In this document: one piece after another, positions 50,181-64,000 of the stretch
Layout: every line of letters starts with the position of its first letter
Position numbering within the stretch: position 1 is the first letter of the stretch
Source of the DNA: Balamuthia mandrillaris
Lineage: Eukaryota
Reading direction: 5' to 3'
Assembly (NCBI GenBank): GCA_031835245.2
Contig: JAVKOQ020000012.1
Span: forward strand, 310,001-374,000
Length of the DNA stretch: 64,000 bases
Notes under the pieces: generated by a model
What the model saw: only the letters and a program-made list of their open reading frames with translations
The model's database searches: none
Told to the model about the DNA's origin: nothing
Program-made: the position numbers and the translations under genes

Positions 50181-52560
50181 ATGGAAGAAAACAAGAAAAC
50201 AATGGAACGTGTGGTGAGAGGGAGAGGCGAGGAGAACAGGAGCGGCTGTGCCGCCCACTGCAACCACTGCCAAAAGACGCCAGAGGAGATGCTCGCGCCC
50301 TACGTGCCATGGATGGTCAAACAACGCCTTCTGCAGAGGGTCATGAGGAAGAAAGGGGAGGAAGTGGAGTTGCCAGAACAGGAAGAAGAGGAGGCTCCCC
50401 GTTGCTTCCCCTTTCTTGGAGCGGTGGTCTTTGTGGACATTAGCGGCTTCACCCCTTTGACCGAAGCGCTTTGTCGGTCAAGCGCTGAGGTGCGTTTCTG
50501 TTGCTGTTTGTACTGTGAGAGAGTGTTTTCTTTTCTTCACTTTGGTGATGAGGTTTGAGGTTGTTCTTTTGTTTGTAGAAAGGAGGAGAAATAATGCATT
50601 TGGTGTTGAAACGGTTCTTCACGGAGCTACTAGGCTTAGTGGAAGAGTACGGTGGTGATGTTATCAAGGTATGCATGACCTTTTCTCCTTCCTCCATTTC
50701 CTCTGCGTTCGACGTTGTTGTTGCTGCTGCTGCTGCTGTTGTTCGTCTTCGTCTTCATGTTCATGTTCGTGTTCGTCGTGTTCTTGTCCGTGTGCGTGTT
50801 AATCTTCTGTTGTATATTTGTTGCTCATTCTGCCTTTATTCAGTTTGCTGGTGATGCTTTGCTTATTGCGTGGAGCTCTCAACATGATATAGCTGATTGT
50901 TCTGAGGTATCCTCGTCCTCTGAAGGCGCTTTGCAACAGAACAATTGCACATCGCTGGAATCAACCGTCAGTCTAGCTACGCGCTTTGCAACGGTTGCTT
51001 CCCAGTTCAAGTGGAAATTGAATATGGCGGAAGAAGAGGACAGTTTCATAAATGAGTTGGCTGCCGATAAAGCCATTTTCTCTATTTTGCAAAATGCTAC
51101 TTTGTGCGTTAAAGTCGGAGTCAGTGCTGGTATCTTCTCTCTCTCTCTCTCTCTCTCATCTTGTTTATCCTTTGATTGCTTTATTCGTTTCCGTTTGCAT
51201 TGGTGCTGCGTTGCATTTTTATTGACTCATCTGATTTTGTTTTTTCAAAGGAGAGGTGGTGGCGATGCAATTGGGAGGCGTCAACGGAAGATGGGAATAT
51301 CTTCTTGCTGGAAAGCCACTATCAGAAATAGCATCAACGGAGAGCGATGCTGCTGTGTCCACTGTTGTTGTTACATCCGGCGTCTGGTCCATGTTGAATT
51401 CTAAGAACAAACAGCAACCTCACCTGAACGAGGAAAAAGCGAACGAACAAGAAGAAGAAAGCGACGAATATGTTGCCGTGCGATTCCCTTCTGGCAATTT
51501 TCTAATTCGGCCCAAAGAAAACGAAGACTTCTCATTGAAGCAGACAACCGAAAAGGAAGGAAAAGGAGAAGAAGAGCAACAAAACGATCAATTGCTTCCA
51601 ATAAGCAAGTTTCTCCCCAACGTCACCGTAGGAGACGCATTATTTTTAGCACTGCGGATACATGAAGAACGAGCTCGCATCAACCATTCCATCTCTGCCA
51701 TGAAGCAGGGCGCCAATTGGATGCAAGGTTACGTCCCTGTGCCGTTGCGAAAATGGTTGGAAGAAGGCCATAGTCTTCATCACTTGGCGGACATTCGCCA
51801 AACTACCGTTTTGTTTATTGAGTTGTGTGGGCGTATGTGCTTGTGTCTTCTTCTATCTTTTCCCTTCTTTTGCTGCTTGTTCTTCCTTCTAGGCTTTCTC
51901 CTTCCATGAAACTGATTCCCTGTTAAAAAAATCAAGTTGATACCTCCACCATAGAATGTTTCGAACCGTTGCAGAACGCGTTGTCTTGCGCTCAAGTTTG
52001 TTTCTCGCTCAACTTTTCTCTTTGCTTTCTTGATTTAACTCCTTTCTTGAAGGAAGTGTTGTTCCATTACAAAGGAGCTTTAAGACAATTCATTGTAGAT
52101 GACAAAGGAGCTGTTTTTGTCGCTGTCTTTGGTTTGCCTCACATGACTTTGGAAGATGATGCAGTTAGGGCAGTCAACGCAGCCCTCGTCATAAACTTAC
52201 GATTGCACGAACTGAACCTTGCGAATTCCGTTGGCATTACCACTGGAAGAACTTTTTGTGGGGATGTGGGTAGCACCAAGCGGTGTGAATATTGCGTGGT
52301 TGGAGATTCGGTAAATCTCAGTGCCAGACTAATGATTGCTGCTGCAAAGTTTGTTCCTTTTTATCTCTTCTTCGTTGTTTTCTTTCTTGCTTCTTGACTT
52401 AATTCCACAAAACGGTGATAAAGGGTATCAAATGGTGGAAAGCACCCTGGCGCTATATTTGTAGATGAACAAACCTATCACATTATCACGGAGTCTGAAG
52501 GCCGTTTTTTGTTGCAGCCACTAGATCATATTCTCGTTAAAGTTTGTTTCTCATCTCTCA

Positions 52561-52619
<59 letters not shown>

Positions 52620-54952
52620 GTTCAAACGAGCCAAAATACCAACAAACAAAAAAAAAAGGGCAAAGAAAAACCAATACCAATCTACACACCTGCTGAAGGA
52701 AGAAGAAGGTCACTTCGAGAAGTTATCAATACTAACTCCCGAAAGATGATAGGCCGAAAGATGGAGATGAGGGTCCTGCGAAACGCCTTTGACACCTTCA
52801 TGCAAGATGGTAATTGCTTTAAAGCGGTGCTCATCAAAGGACAGGCGGGAATGGGCAAGACTGCGATGGTTCGAGAGTTGCTCAATTGGAATGAAGGCGG
52901 AGTGTTGCAGATTGATGGACAAGCTCCAGAGATCGAGAAGAACACACCCTACTATATCTGGCAGGAAATATTGAGCAGTGCTTTTGCCGTTTCCGTTATG
53001 GATGAGCTGCGTGCCTCATTTCATCAGCATTTCAAGAGATTTGTCACTAACAATCCCAAGTTTGAGAAGTACCTAGCAGTGTTGAACCCTTTGCTGGTCA
53101 CTCAGTTTCCTGAAACAGAAGGCTTGTTTACGTTCTTTTTGCTGTCTTGTGCCTTTCTGCCTTATCCATTCCTTTTTTGTCTTGCTCATTTTGTTTGCTT
53201 CATTCTTGCAGAGTCAAAACAACTAGGAACAAAGGATCGACGAGACAAGCTTCATGAGATACTTGCATGGACGCTCAGAGAATTTCGGCGTGCCAACGGC
53301 AACCGACCCATTGTTTTAGTTCTGGAGAACTGTCACTGGTTGGACAGCGCCAGTTGGAACGTCATCACTTATATGATCGATGTAAAGGTTCCTCATGGCA
53401 TTTTCTTGGTGCTTACGGCCAGACCTCCCCAAGAGCATACACCGGCAAACGCAATGGTTTCTTGTTTTTATTCTTGTCCTTCTTCCTCCTTCTCACCTTT
53501 CTTAACACCTAAGAATGAAGAAGTGGACGCAAGCATATTGATAGAAGCGAAAGAAAAAATGGAAACTCTAGCTGCAAACATCAAGTTTCTGGAAGAAGCT
53601 CATCCGGATATAACTGTAACCATCACCTTAGACCGCATGAGCAACGAACAAATAGCAGAATTGGCCAAGGTTGTAATGAATAGAACTGAACTGACCAAAA
53701 TGGAAGAAGAAATTCTTTTCTCTAAATCACAAGGCAATCCTATGATCGCGATATCTTTGGGTATTCTCTATCTGCCTTCCTCTCCTTCCCTCCTTGTTAT
53801 TTATTTGTCATTTAGTCTTCGATTTACGAGTTGTTGATAATTCTTTTTTCTATATTCTTTTTGTTTCCTGATTACTCATTCTCGTTCTATTTTCGGCTGT
53901 AAAGCATTAACTCTTCCGAAACTCAAACTGGTGTTCATCGGTGACATATGCTTCTTTGATCCATCCACCATACACCAACTTCCTTGCTCAGTGGAGAGCG
54001 TGATAACCAGCACAGTGGACAAGCTCTCTATCAACCAACAAATCGTGCTGAAAGTGGCGTCCGTGATCGGCTCTCGTTTTTCTGCTGTGCAGCTAGGGAA
54101 CATTCTTGAGAAAGCGGGCAAGGACAACAATCTCGGACAAGAACAGCTCGTCACGGAACTGCAGGCGTTAACACAGATGGGCATGTTGTCTGTTGCTTTG
54201 GATGGTGATGACATGCTTTATTTCTTTGAGAATCCGTTTGTTCAAAGTTAGTTCCATTCTTCTCCCTCGTCTTATTCTTTTCGTTCTCTGTTCTATCTTT
54301 CTTTGGGTTTATTCATTACTTAAATGAACTCATGAAATAACAATACAATGAAAACAGAGACGATTTATGGTATGCTACCATTTGCAGAGCGCTACGAGTA
54401 CCATGCGATCATTGCAGATTGGTATGAACGATGCTTTTCCACCAATAGTGCATCGCATTACCCTGTTCTTGCCTATCATTGGCACAGAGCGCAAGACTTT
54501 TCCAAAGCTATTCGCTACTACGACCTTGCTGGTGAGTTTGCGTTCAACAATTATGCTGGCAGTGAAGCTTCTTCTAGCTGGTTGCAAGCCATCAAGCTGT
54601 ATGAACGTCTTCTCCATATGTTCTCATCTTTGTCAACATTGACGCCTCCGCTGCATGACGAACAGAAAGGAAAAGAAGACAAACAGCCAAGAAGGACAGT
54701 TGTGATGGGGTTGGAAAAAGATTCACAGTTGCAGTTGGGAAGGTGGTACAGGATGATTGGTTTGGCCAAAGGGCAGGTCGGGTACCTCCAGGACAGCGTC
54801 AACTTTACTAAGAAGGCAGTACGAATTTTGGGAATGCCACTACCAGATACGGATGATGCTATAGATAGAGGTTCGTCTTTCTTGCTTTGTTTCAGTTCTT
54901 CATTTCTGCCAAGCTGGACGGCGAGCGTTCCTTTCTGCGCATCATCTCATCT

Positions 54953-55011
<59 letters not shown>

Positions 55012-56811
55012 GCGCAAAAGAGATTAGCCATGTGCTCAAAAAAGTGTTGGTGTACCACATGTATCCCTCTCATTTCGTTGGAAGGCGCAAGTATGATCCC
55101 TACATAAACGAATTATTGGAGGGCTACAAGCGACTAACAATGTACCTATTCTTGTTGTTGCTGTTCTTGTCGTTCTTGTTCTTCTTGTTCCTCTTCCGCT
55201 TCCTCTTTCTCTTCTTCTGGTTCTTCTTCTCCGCCATTATCTGCCACAACTTAGCCTTCTTTGCATTTTTCTCACTCATATTTATAGATCAGCTGTCTTG
55301 TTATCATGGGACAACAAAATAGCAACTCTGATAACTTTACAACGGTCGTGTTTGGCAGAACAATGCAACAGTCTGACGGAAAGAGCTTTTGCATACGCCT
55401 ACCTCCTCGTACATGTCAATCGTTTCTCCAACAATTGGAGCACGTTTGCTGGTTATCATTGGAAATGGGTCAAAAACCTTTTTCAACACAAATGCAACGC
55501 TCTCATTCAACAAATAGATGACGAAATTCAACAGCAAGACGCTGTCAGGAAAGAAAAGAGAAAAGAAGAAAGAGTACACAAGTTAGACACTTCTTCATCG
55601 AAATCAGAAAAGCGTTTGGCAAAATCTTTATTAGAAACGAGAAGTCAGGTTCTGATTGTGGGGGAACCAAGCGTCTCTCTTTGCCAACTGCTTCGATGTT
55701 TAGAAGAGATGACAAAATGTTTGACAGCAGTAGGCGAACACCTTGAAAGCGACAGCACTAAAACATATTGGCTCCTCATGTTGTACTTGCAAGGGGAGTT
55801 GGACAAAGGCATTCAACTTGCTGATGAGCTCTTGGAAAACGTCCAAACTCGCAAATATCAAACCAACGAAGAAGCCGCCATTCGAATGAAAACGATGATT
55901 CTCATTCGGTTTGTTTATTATGCTTCTATTATTTTTTAAATACGTAGTTCTCTATTTTGTCTTTACTCATATTTTGCTTTTTCCAAATAACAGAAAGGGC
56001 GACTGGGAGTCAGTGGAGCGGTACAACAAAGAAATGGTCGATAAGAAACTGCATCTAATAAGTCCTTCCATCCATTTTGCCTTCCTGCTTCGCGTGGCCT
56101 CCTGCTACTTGGCCAACGGACAAATGGACGCCGTTCGAGCGAACTTGATGTGTGCTCTTTCTCTCTGGGAAGACACCTTCTTGGAACAGATACGAATCCT
56201 TGCACCCCTCCAACTCGCTTTTGAGGAGAGCGCTGCGCTATGGGAGTACGGAATCGCTGTGAGACAGAAATCAAGACGAAAAGAGAATGACCTTAGAGAT
56301 GAAACGGAACTGAGTGAATGTGTGAGACGGTGCGAGTTTGTGGTGGACAAATTCTGGAAGATGAGTACCATCTATAGCCTTGGGAGATGTGGAGCTTGGT
56401 ACGCTCAAGGCGTGTTCTTTGCTCTTTCCGGAATGGTTGAAAAGGTTTCATACTACGTTCATTACCTGTTTATGTCTTCATCACATTGATAGTATTCGTT
56501 AAACAAAACAACAAAAACAGGCACACCGTTGCTGGAACCATGTATCTAAATTGTGCAGAAGTGCACCTAATTTTCTTCCAGTGGAACGAGCACTTGTTAA
56601 ACTCGCCAAAGCACGCTTCCCACAAAATGCAGACACTGCAAAAGCGGTCCGACAGGCAACAGCAGCAATGGCGGATTTCGAACGGATGGGTTACCAACCA
56701 TATGCTCAACAATGCAAGCAGCTTCTTTCTTCCTCTTGTTCTTCTTCCGCGTCTTCTTCTTCCTTCTGCCTTCTTAAGGCAGAATTGACGTTGCAAGGTT
56801 GTCAGGACTGA
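50181..56811 (+). CDS. Soluble class III nucleotidyl cyclase, ADCY10/SgcA type (two cyclase domains + P-loop STAND NTPase + TPR-like region); multi-exon
   Basis: C1: FVDISGFTPLTE and DVIKFAGDA. C2: QFIVDDKG and EYCVVGDSVNLSARLM. P-loop GQAGMGKT, LENCHWLDSASW, SQGNP and LKVASVIG. Confidence 0.9.
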
Positions 56812-56980
56812 TGAAGCGAGTTCGTGAGAAATGTAAAAAGGTTGCGGCAGTGCCTCTAAAAATACATACAAACAAACAAATTATTTCATCTGCCTACCGT
56901 GCAACTCAGAATCATATACCTCTTGGCTTGCTTTATGTATCGGGTAATGATGGTAAAAGATCTGGGATACTTTCGACAAG

Positions 56981-57053
56981 GGCGCCATGGCGTAGTTGGC
57001 AGCGCGTCTCCCTAGTAAGGAGAAGGTCGTGGGTTCGAATCCCACTGGTGCCT
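56981..57053 (+). tRNA. tRNA-Thr(AGT), copy 3 (identical to copies 1 and 2)
   Basis: Same 73-nt cloverleaf sequence with a T-run downstream. Confidence 0.97.
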
Positions 57054-57277
57054 CTTTCTTTTTGGTATTTTTTTTTTCAGTTGCGGCGGCCTTATAACAC
57101 CAACCGTTGCTATTTTTTTTTTATTTTTTTTTTTTTTTTTTGCAATTCTTTTTGTTTTTTTCTTTATTTTTTTTCTTGGGCGTTGAGGCTGTTCTCGTGT
57201 CCCTCGTCTTCGCCACCTTCGTTTCTTCTCCCTTTTCTTCTACAACTTACTGATGCCATTACCATCCTCTCATATCC

Positions 57278-58095
57278 TCACGTTGTGTAGATCCGTGGCT
57301 CCCCCCAAACGTTGTTGGATGGTATGTACGTTACATCATCGGCTTTGCTGTTCAGATAGGTGTTAACGCGCAGGTCCTCACTGGATGAAGCACGCAGCCG
57401 TCCTCTCTCGTTTAGCTGCAGTTGATTGTTGATAATAAAGTTATACCAAGTAAATGATACCAGGCCCCACACCACGTCTGAGATGTTGATGGGAATGAAA
57501 GTCAACCAGCCCAGTTTCTTGCCCATTATGCCATCTCCCTGCACGCCATCCCCGCACCATAAGAACAAACTGAAACAAGAAACAGGAAGGAAAAAAGAAA
57601 GAGCTGATAGAAAGGAATGAAGAATGTAACCTGCAGAGGGAACACGACTAACATGTGGACATAAGACACAAAGAGACCAAAGAAAAGCCCACGAAGGAGG
57701 TAGTGCGGCCGACGACCGGGTATGATCAGCAAAGCCATGCCCCACAACATGCCCCACACCAGCTTGTTGTAGAGCCAAACGGGCTCGTATGGGAAAGGAG
57801 AGAGGTCCGTCCGTAGCAGCCGCATCAGCTGTATGCCGTACATGAACAAGATGGCCAGTGCATTGAAAGCCCCACCAAGCGCACCTTTGGTTTTAGAGAA
57901 GAGAGTTTGTCAAACCAAAGCAGTTGCGGAACAAACTTCACTCCTCCTCTGCTCTCCTGTGCGCAAAACAGGATGAGCGAAAAAAAAAAAGAAAGAAAAC
58001 GAACCACAACCGGCGGCGATGGTGACCCTGCTGAGCAGCTGACTGCGCACCAACAAGCCCCACGCCCAGGCCCATCCCTCCCTGCACGACACCAT
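57278..58095 (-). CDS. Small multi-TM membrane protein of unknown function; 3 exons
   Basis: Spliced reading ...TIAAGC|GALGGAFNALAILFMYG...WLYNKLVWGMLWG...MLVVFPLQ|GDGIMGKKLGWLTF...VVWGLV, with GT-AG introns at about 58004-57886 and 57630-57539. Confidence 0.7.
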
Positions 58096-58431
58096 TATAT
58101 ATTCCCGGCGGCCTCCTTCCGCTGCGCACCCCCCTTTTTTTTTTTTTTTTACAAATTTTTTCTTTTTTTCTTATTTCTTCTATTTTAATTCGAAATTAAT
58201 TGGGAGGAGGAGGCAGGAGGCCTCCTTTTCTGTATAACAAAGAGCATCATGTTTATTTTTATTTTTATTTTTTGTTTTGCTTTGTTGTTGGTTGTTGTTG
58301 TTGTTGTTGTTGTTGAAACAGAAGTTAAAGCATTGATGATGATGATGGTGATGCTGATGACAGAAGACAAGGCCTGGAGTAAACAAGTCAAAAGAGGTAA
58401 GGGAGGCTATTTAATGGTGCCACGCCTTGCT

Positions 58432-60261
<1,830 letters not shown>

Positions 60262-60707
60262 CTTCCTCTACTTTGTTTTTTGCATCAAACAACAGACCGT
60301 GCAGAGTGGGAGGGTCTCCTCTTCTGCTGTTTGCTGTCTTTTTCCAAACGTCAAATGTTTCAGCCGCGCCATTTTTTTCTCCCCCCTAAAGGGTCATCCC
60401 ACGCGATGTGTTTGGAAGGGGGAGAAGAACGTGCGCGCCCGCAAACAGAGCGGCAGGCAGCCTCCTCGTTTTTCCACCCAAAAGTCATTCCACTTTCCCT
60501 CTCTCTTCCCTTTCCTTTTCTTCGGCTTCTCGCTACATTTTTGGTGGTGCAATAAAAGTTAGTTTTTCAAACAACCATACAAAAATCAGAAAGGTGGTTA
60601 ATGATCTGAGATAATCTGATCAATAATTATCAGTCAATTACTGCGATTTCGTCGAAAATTTTGAAAAATAATCCTAATAAATATTTCCTTGAATAAAGTG
60701 CTATTTT

Positions 60708-63700
60708 TTATTTGGAGGATTGCGCGAGATGCAATGGAGCTAAACGAGCTCGGCGAGAGAGCCCAACTCTACGGAGGCGGTTGGTGGTGGTAGGGGAAGA
60801 GGCAGCAGCAGAAGTTGAAGTTGCAGTCGCATTCGTAGAAGGTTTGCGTTGGTTTACATTCGAAGCGACAACAACCCTGTTTGGATAGCTGAAACTGCTC
60901 TTTTTTGTGTGTTGTCGCGTTGTTGACGGTCTTTTCCGTTGTTGTGCTGTTGTTTCCTTCTTCTCTTCTTGTTCTTCCTCTTCCTCTTGTTTCTTCTCCT
61001 CCTCTTCTTCACCCTGTTCTTCCGGTTCAAGCTTTTGCACTGCTTTGGCTCCGACGGTTTTGCTTCTCTTAGTACTGTCGGCTCTGTTTCGCTCTTTCTT
61101 TTGTAGAGTTGTTGAAGAAGGTGGTGGCGAAGAAGCGGCTAAAGGACTTTCATCGCCACGTTGTTGTTCACCACCCAACAATAACCGTTGAATCAGTTCA
61201 TTTTTGCTGCCGCCCACTTTCAACTTCCGCTCCTTCAACATCTGTTTTAGCTCCGGTAACTTCATCTTCTTCAACAGGTCTTCGTTGAGATTGGCTTCTT
61301 CCTTAGGCACATTTTCTCTCACTGGTTTTTGTTGTTTTTCTTCTTCCGTTTGGTCTTCTGTATCGGGTGAAGAGGACTCAACGTCAATTTGTTGCGTGAG
61401 ATCGTCTATCCTTGATTTCTTTGTATTGTTGTTTTTGTTGTTCTTTTGCTCTGCCGTATTTTCAATTTTCTTTCGTTTCTTCGTTTGTTCCTTTCTTGGG
61501 TTGGATGTGCGATCATTTCTTCCAATCTGGTCACTGCTTTCTCGTGTATCTGATCCGTTACTGTTTTGTTGTTCAGTTGGTTGCTGTTGTGGTGATTGTT
61601 TGTTTGTTATTCGCATCGCTGTTGTTGGCCTCTCTTCCTTTTCTTCCTGTTCGTTTTGTTTCTCTTCTTGTTCTTTTGTTTGTTCTTCCTCACTCTTTTC
61701 GCCCTTGTTTTTCTCTGTTTTTCTCCGCTTCATAGATCGCGCCTTTTCTTCTTTTTGTTTTAGCTCTTCCTTTGCTCCGCTATCTCTTGACTGTGTTGTT
61801 TTCTCCTCTTGGGTTGAAGAATAACCGTTTTGCAACAGCCGTTCGATCAACTGTTGTTTGTTTCCTCCGACTTTCAGCTTCCGTTCTTTCAAAAGCAGTT
61901 TCAAGTCTGGTAGGCTCTTTTTCTGTAAAAGCAACGGCTCGTTTGTAGCTTTGTCGACGTCCTTCGACTGAGCGCTTGATTCTGGTTTGCTTTCTTTCGC
62001 GTTTTCTCTGTCCTTCTTGTCTTCTTTCTTTCGGTCAATTTCCTTTCCTTTATCATCCTTCTCTTCGTTTTCAACAGTGGTTGCCCGATCGCCTTCTTCC
62101 TCCTCTTCTTCTTCTTCATGTTCTTTTTGAAACTCATCATTTCCCTGCTTTAGCAAGTTCTTTATGTTTTCCTTGAAGCTTTCTTTCATCACTGGTTTCT
62201 TCTTGTTCTTATCGGTTTTTGAATTTTTGTTCCTCCGCTCATCGTCCACATTCGGTTTCATGATGGAATTTTTCGAAGGTGAAGAAGAAGCAGAAGGAGT
62301 TGATGACGAAGAAGATGAAGAAGAGAGAGCAGTTGAAGGACTTATCGTGGCACCATCATCAAAGTCTGCTTCTCCCACAAATGTGCCACAAGGATCCTCC
62401 TCTCGAAAGTACTTCACATGAAGCCGTTGATTGAAACACACTCGCCTTCCTCCGTAGTTCCCAAAGTTTTGTTGATAGTAGTCAGAACGCTTAAAGTCAG
62501 CAAGAATGCCGTCCACCTTGCGCGCTTTCTTCCACCGTTGAGGGAGGGAGCTCAATGGCACGAACAAACGAATGGCCATCACTCGGTCACTCTCCAGCCG
62601 AAGCACCAGAGCATCGCTCTCACAGGATGAACTTCGACTTCGGTCAACATGAAAGGTTCTACCCGTATTCTTAGAGGCCTTTTTGCCTCCCTTGCCATTG
62701 CCGTTACCTGCTTGGCTGTTCTCTCTCGCCAAAGGATCCTTCTTCCAGAACAGATCCACATCGAAGCTAGCCTCCTCCAGATGGTAGCAAATCTCTCTTT
62801 GCTTGGGATTAAGTTTGTCCATAGGGCCATAACTCAATGTGCAGGAAATGAGACCTTCGTGTGGAAACCGTGCAGCACCTTTCTTCTTACCGCCTCCTCC
62901 GGAACTGCTGCTCTTCATCTCCAAAGGACCACTGAGGTCTTTGTCAACCCGTAAACAAAACCACCATCCCAACTCCTCGCCGATATTTTGTCCGCCATCT
63001 AACTCCTTTCGACGGCTGTACTTGCTCTTTTTCTTAGATGCTTCCTCCTCTTCCGTTTTCTCCTTTTCCTCTTTTTGTTCGTTGTTTTCGTTCTTTTTGT
63101 TGTTTTTCTTCTTGTCGTTTTGTTCGTCTGCTTGCGTCTTGTCTCCTTCTTGCGCTTTTGGTTTTGGTTTTATGGCTGGCGGCAAGTGAGAGTCTTCGGG
63201 GACGCCGCTAACCACAAACTTGCGCTCTTCGTCGTCCAAAACCACCAACCGCAACAACCATCCTTCCTTTGCTTTCGCCGGTGTCCTTTTTGTTGCACCT
63301 TTCTGTCCTCGTGTTCTCTTTCCTCTGGCTCTTCCCTCTACTGCTTCCACTTCTCCTTCACTTCTTTCTTCCTCTTCATCCTCTTCTTCTTCTTCGTCCT
63401 CTTCTCCTTCTTCGGAGGAATCAAGCTCGACGTAGTTGACCATGGATCGTTTGGTAACATTGCGAGAGGAGCGCCGCCGCAAGTTCCATCCTTCTCCCTC
63501 TTGGCTCTCCTCCTGACTAAACTCGGAGCCTAACAACGCGTCTTTGTTCGCGCTGCCACCTTCCTGCCGAAGGAACGAGCACCAGGCCTTCAGGTCAGCA
63601 ACCTCCCGTTCATGCTCAGTTCTTTTCCGCTTCACCCCTCTTCCTTGTTGTGCTTGCTCTTTCTTTGTCCTCTTGGTCGGGCTTGTTGCTGCTACTCCTT

Positions 63701-64000
63701 CTCCCTTTGGTGGTTGGGGACCTTTTCTGTTGGAGGTGGCAGCGGGCACCTCTTCTTTAGCTTCTGCTTCTTCTACTTCTTGCTGTTGCTGCCGCTTCTG
63801 TTTTTTGGAATCACTTCGTGAGGGAGCAGCTTCCGCTGCGTTCTTTCTTTGTCGCTTGCTTGCAGAGGAAGTCGATCGAGTGCCCGTTTGGCGTCCTCTG
63901 GTTCCTCCTCCTTTTCCGTTGATTGGCGCAGTGGTTGCGGTTGTTGCCTTTCTCTTCTTGCTTGCAGTGGCAGCTTTGGGCGTTTCTTCAGCGGAGCTCA
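60708..64000 (-). CDS. Large charged protein with two SAP DNA-binding motifs and a C-terminal RAD51AP1-like motif; 5' end lies beyond the right edge of the window
   Basis: The frame stays open to the window end. SAP motifs LQKKSLPDLKLLLKERKLKVGGNKQQLIERLL and LKKMKLPELKQMLKERKLKVGGSKNELIQRLL. C-terminus RLRRVGLSRRARLAPLH. Confidence 0.8.
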   Translation of the reverse strand, partial: SSAEETPKAATASKKRKATTATTAPINGKGGGTRGRQTGTRSTSSASKRQRKNAAEAAPSRSDSKKQKRQQQQEVEEAEAKEEVPAATSNRKGPQPPKGEGVAATSPTKRTKKEQAQQGRGVKRKRTEHEREVADLKAWCSFLRQEGGSANKDALLGSEFSQEESQEGEGWNLRRRSSRNVTKRSMVNYVELDSSEEGEEDEEEEEDEEEERSEGEVEAVEGRARGKRTRGQKGATKRTPAKAKEGWLLRLVVLDDEERKFVVSGVPEDSHLPPAIKPKPKAQEGDKTQADEQNDKKKNNKKNENNEQKEEKEKTEEEEASKKKSKYSRRKELDGGQNIGEELGWWFCLRVDKDLSGPLEMKSSSSGGGGKKKGAARFPHEGLISCTLSYGPMDKLNPKQREICYHLEEASFDVDLFWKKDPLARENSQAGNGNGKGGKKASKNTGRTFHVDRSRSSSCESDALVLRLESDRVMAIRLFVPLSSLPQRWKKARKVDGILADFKRSDYYQQNFGNYGGRRVCFNQRLHVKYFREEDPCGTFVGEADFDDGATISPSTALSSSSSSSSTPSASSSPSKNSIMKPNVDDERRNKNSKTDKNKKKPVMKESFKENIKNLLKQGNDEFQKEHEEEEEEEEGDRATTVENEEKDDKGKEIDRKKEDKKDRENAKESKPESSAQSKDVDKATNEPLLLQKKSLPDLKLLLKERKLKVGGNKQQLIERLLQNGYSSTQEEKTTQSRDSGAKEELKQKEEKARSMKRRKTEKNKGEKSEEEQTKEQEEKQNEQEEKEERPTTAMRITNKQSPQQQPTEQQNSNGSDTRESSDQIGRNDRTSNPRKEQTKKRKKIENTAEQKNNKNNNTKKSRIDDLTQQIDVESSSPDTEDQTEEEKQQKPVRENVPKEEANLNEDLLKKMKLPELKQMLKERKLKVGGSKNELIQRLLLGGEQQRGDESPLAASSPPPSSTTLQKKERNRADSTKRSKTVGAKAVQKLEPEEQGEEEEEKKQEEEEEQEEKKETTAQQRKRPSTTRQHTKKSSFSYPNRVVVASNVNQRKPSTNATATSTSAAASSPTTTNRLRRVGLSRRARLAPLHLAQSSK

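Overview
Eukaryotic, intron-dense genomic DNA. Short GT-AG introns are filled with (CT)n/(CTT)n microsatellites, and the gene set looks protist-like, most plausibly a free-living amoebozoan (the taxon is inference). About 15 host genes can be read: a low-complexity gene running off the left edge, a USP25/28-type deubiquitinase, a Nha1-type Na+/H+ antiporter, a SHOC1/Zip2-like meiotic XPF protein, a cytochrome P450, malic enzyme, NUB1, dUTPase, an ATP sulfurylase/APS-kinase-like fusion, a PH-CRIB PAK kinase, an IP3-receptor-family channel, a soluble (ADCY10/SgcA-type) nucleotidyl cyclase, a small membrane protein, an alpha/beta hydrolase, and a two-SAP-domain protein with a RAD51AP1-like C-terminal motif. 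There are also three identical tRNA-Thr(AGT) genes. The outlier is a ~3.4 kb island (about 9090-12550) between the USP gene and a tRNA pair. It encodes an intact, intronless 858-aa RAG1/Transib-like DDE transposase/recombinase with all catalytic and Zn-binding motifs, two novel N-terminal Zn fingers separated by a minisatellite, and a small convergent, 3'-overlapping partner ORF. I could not find terminal inverted repeats. All homology calls come from motif recognition by eye, and exon boundaries are approximate.
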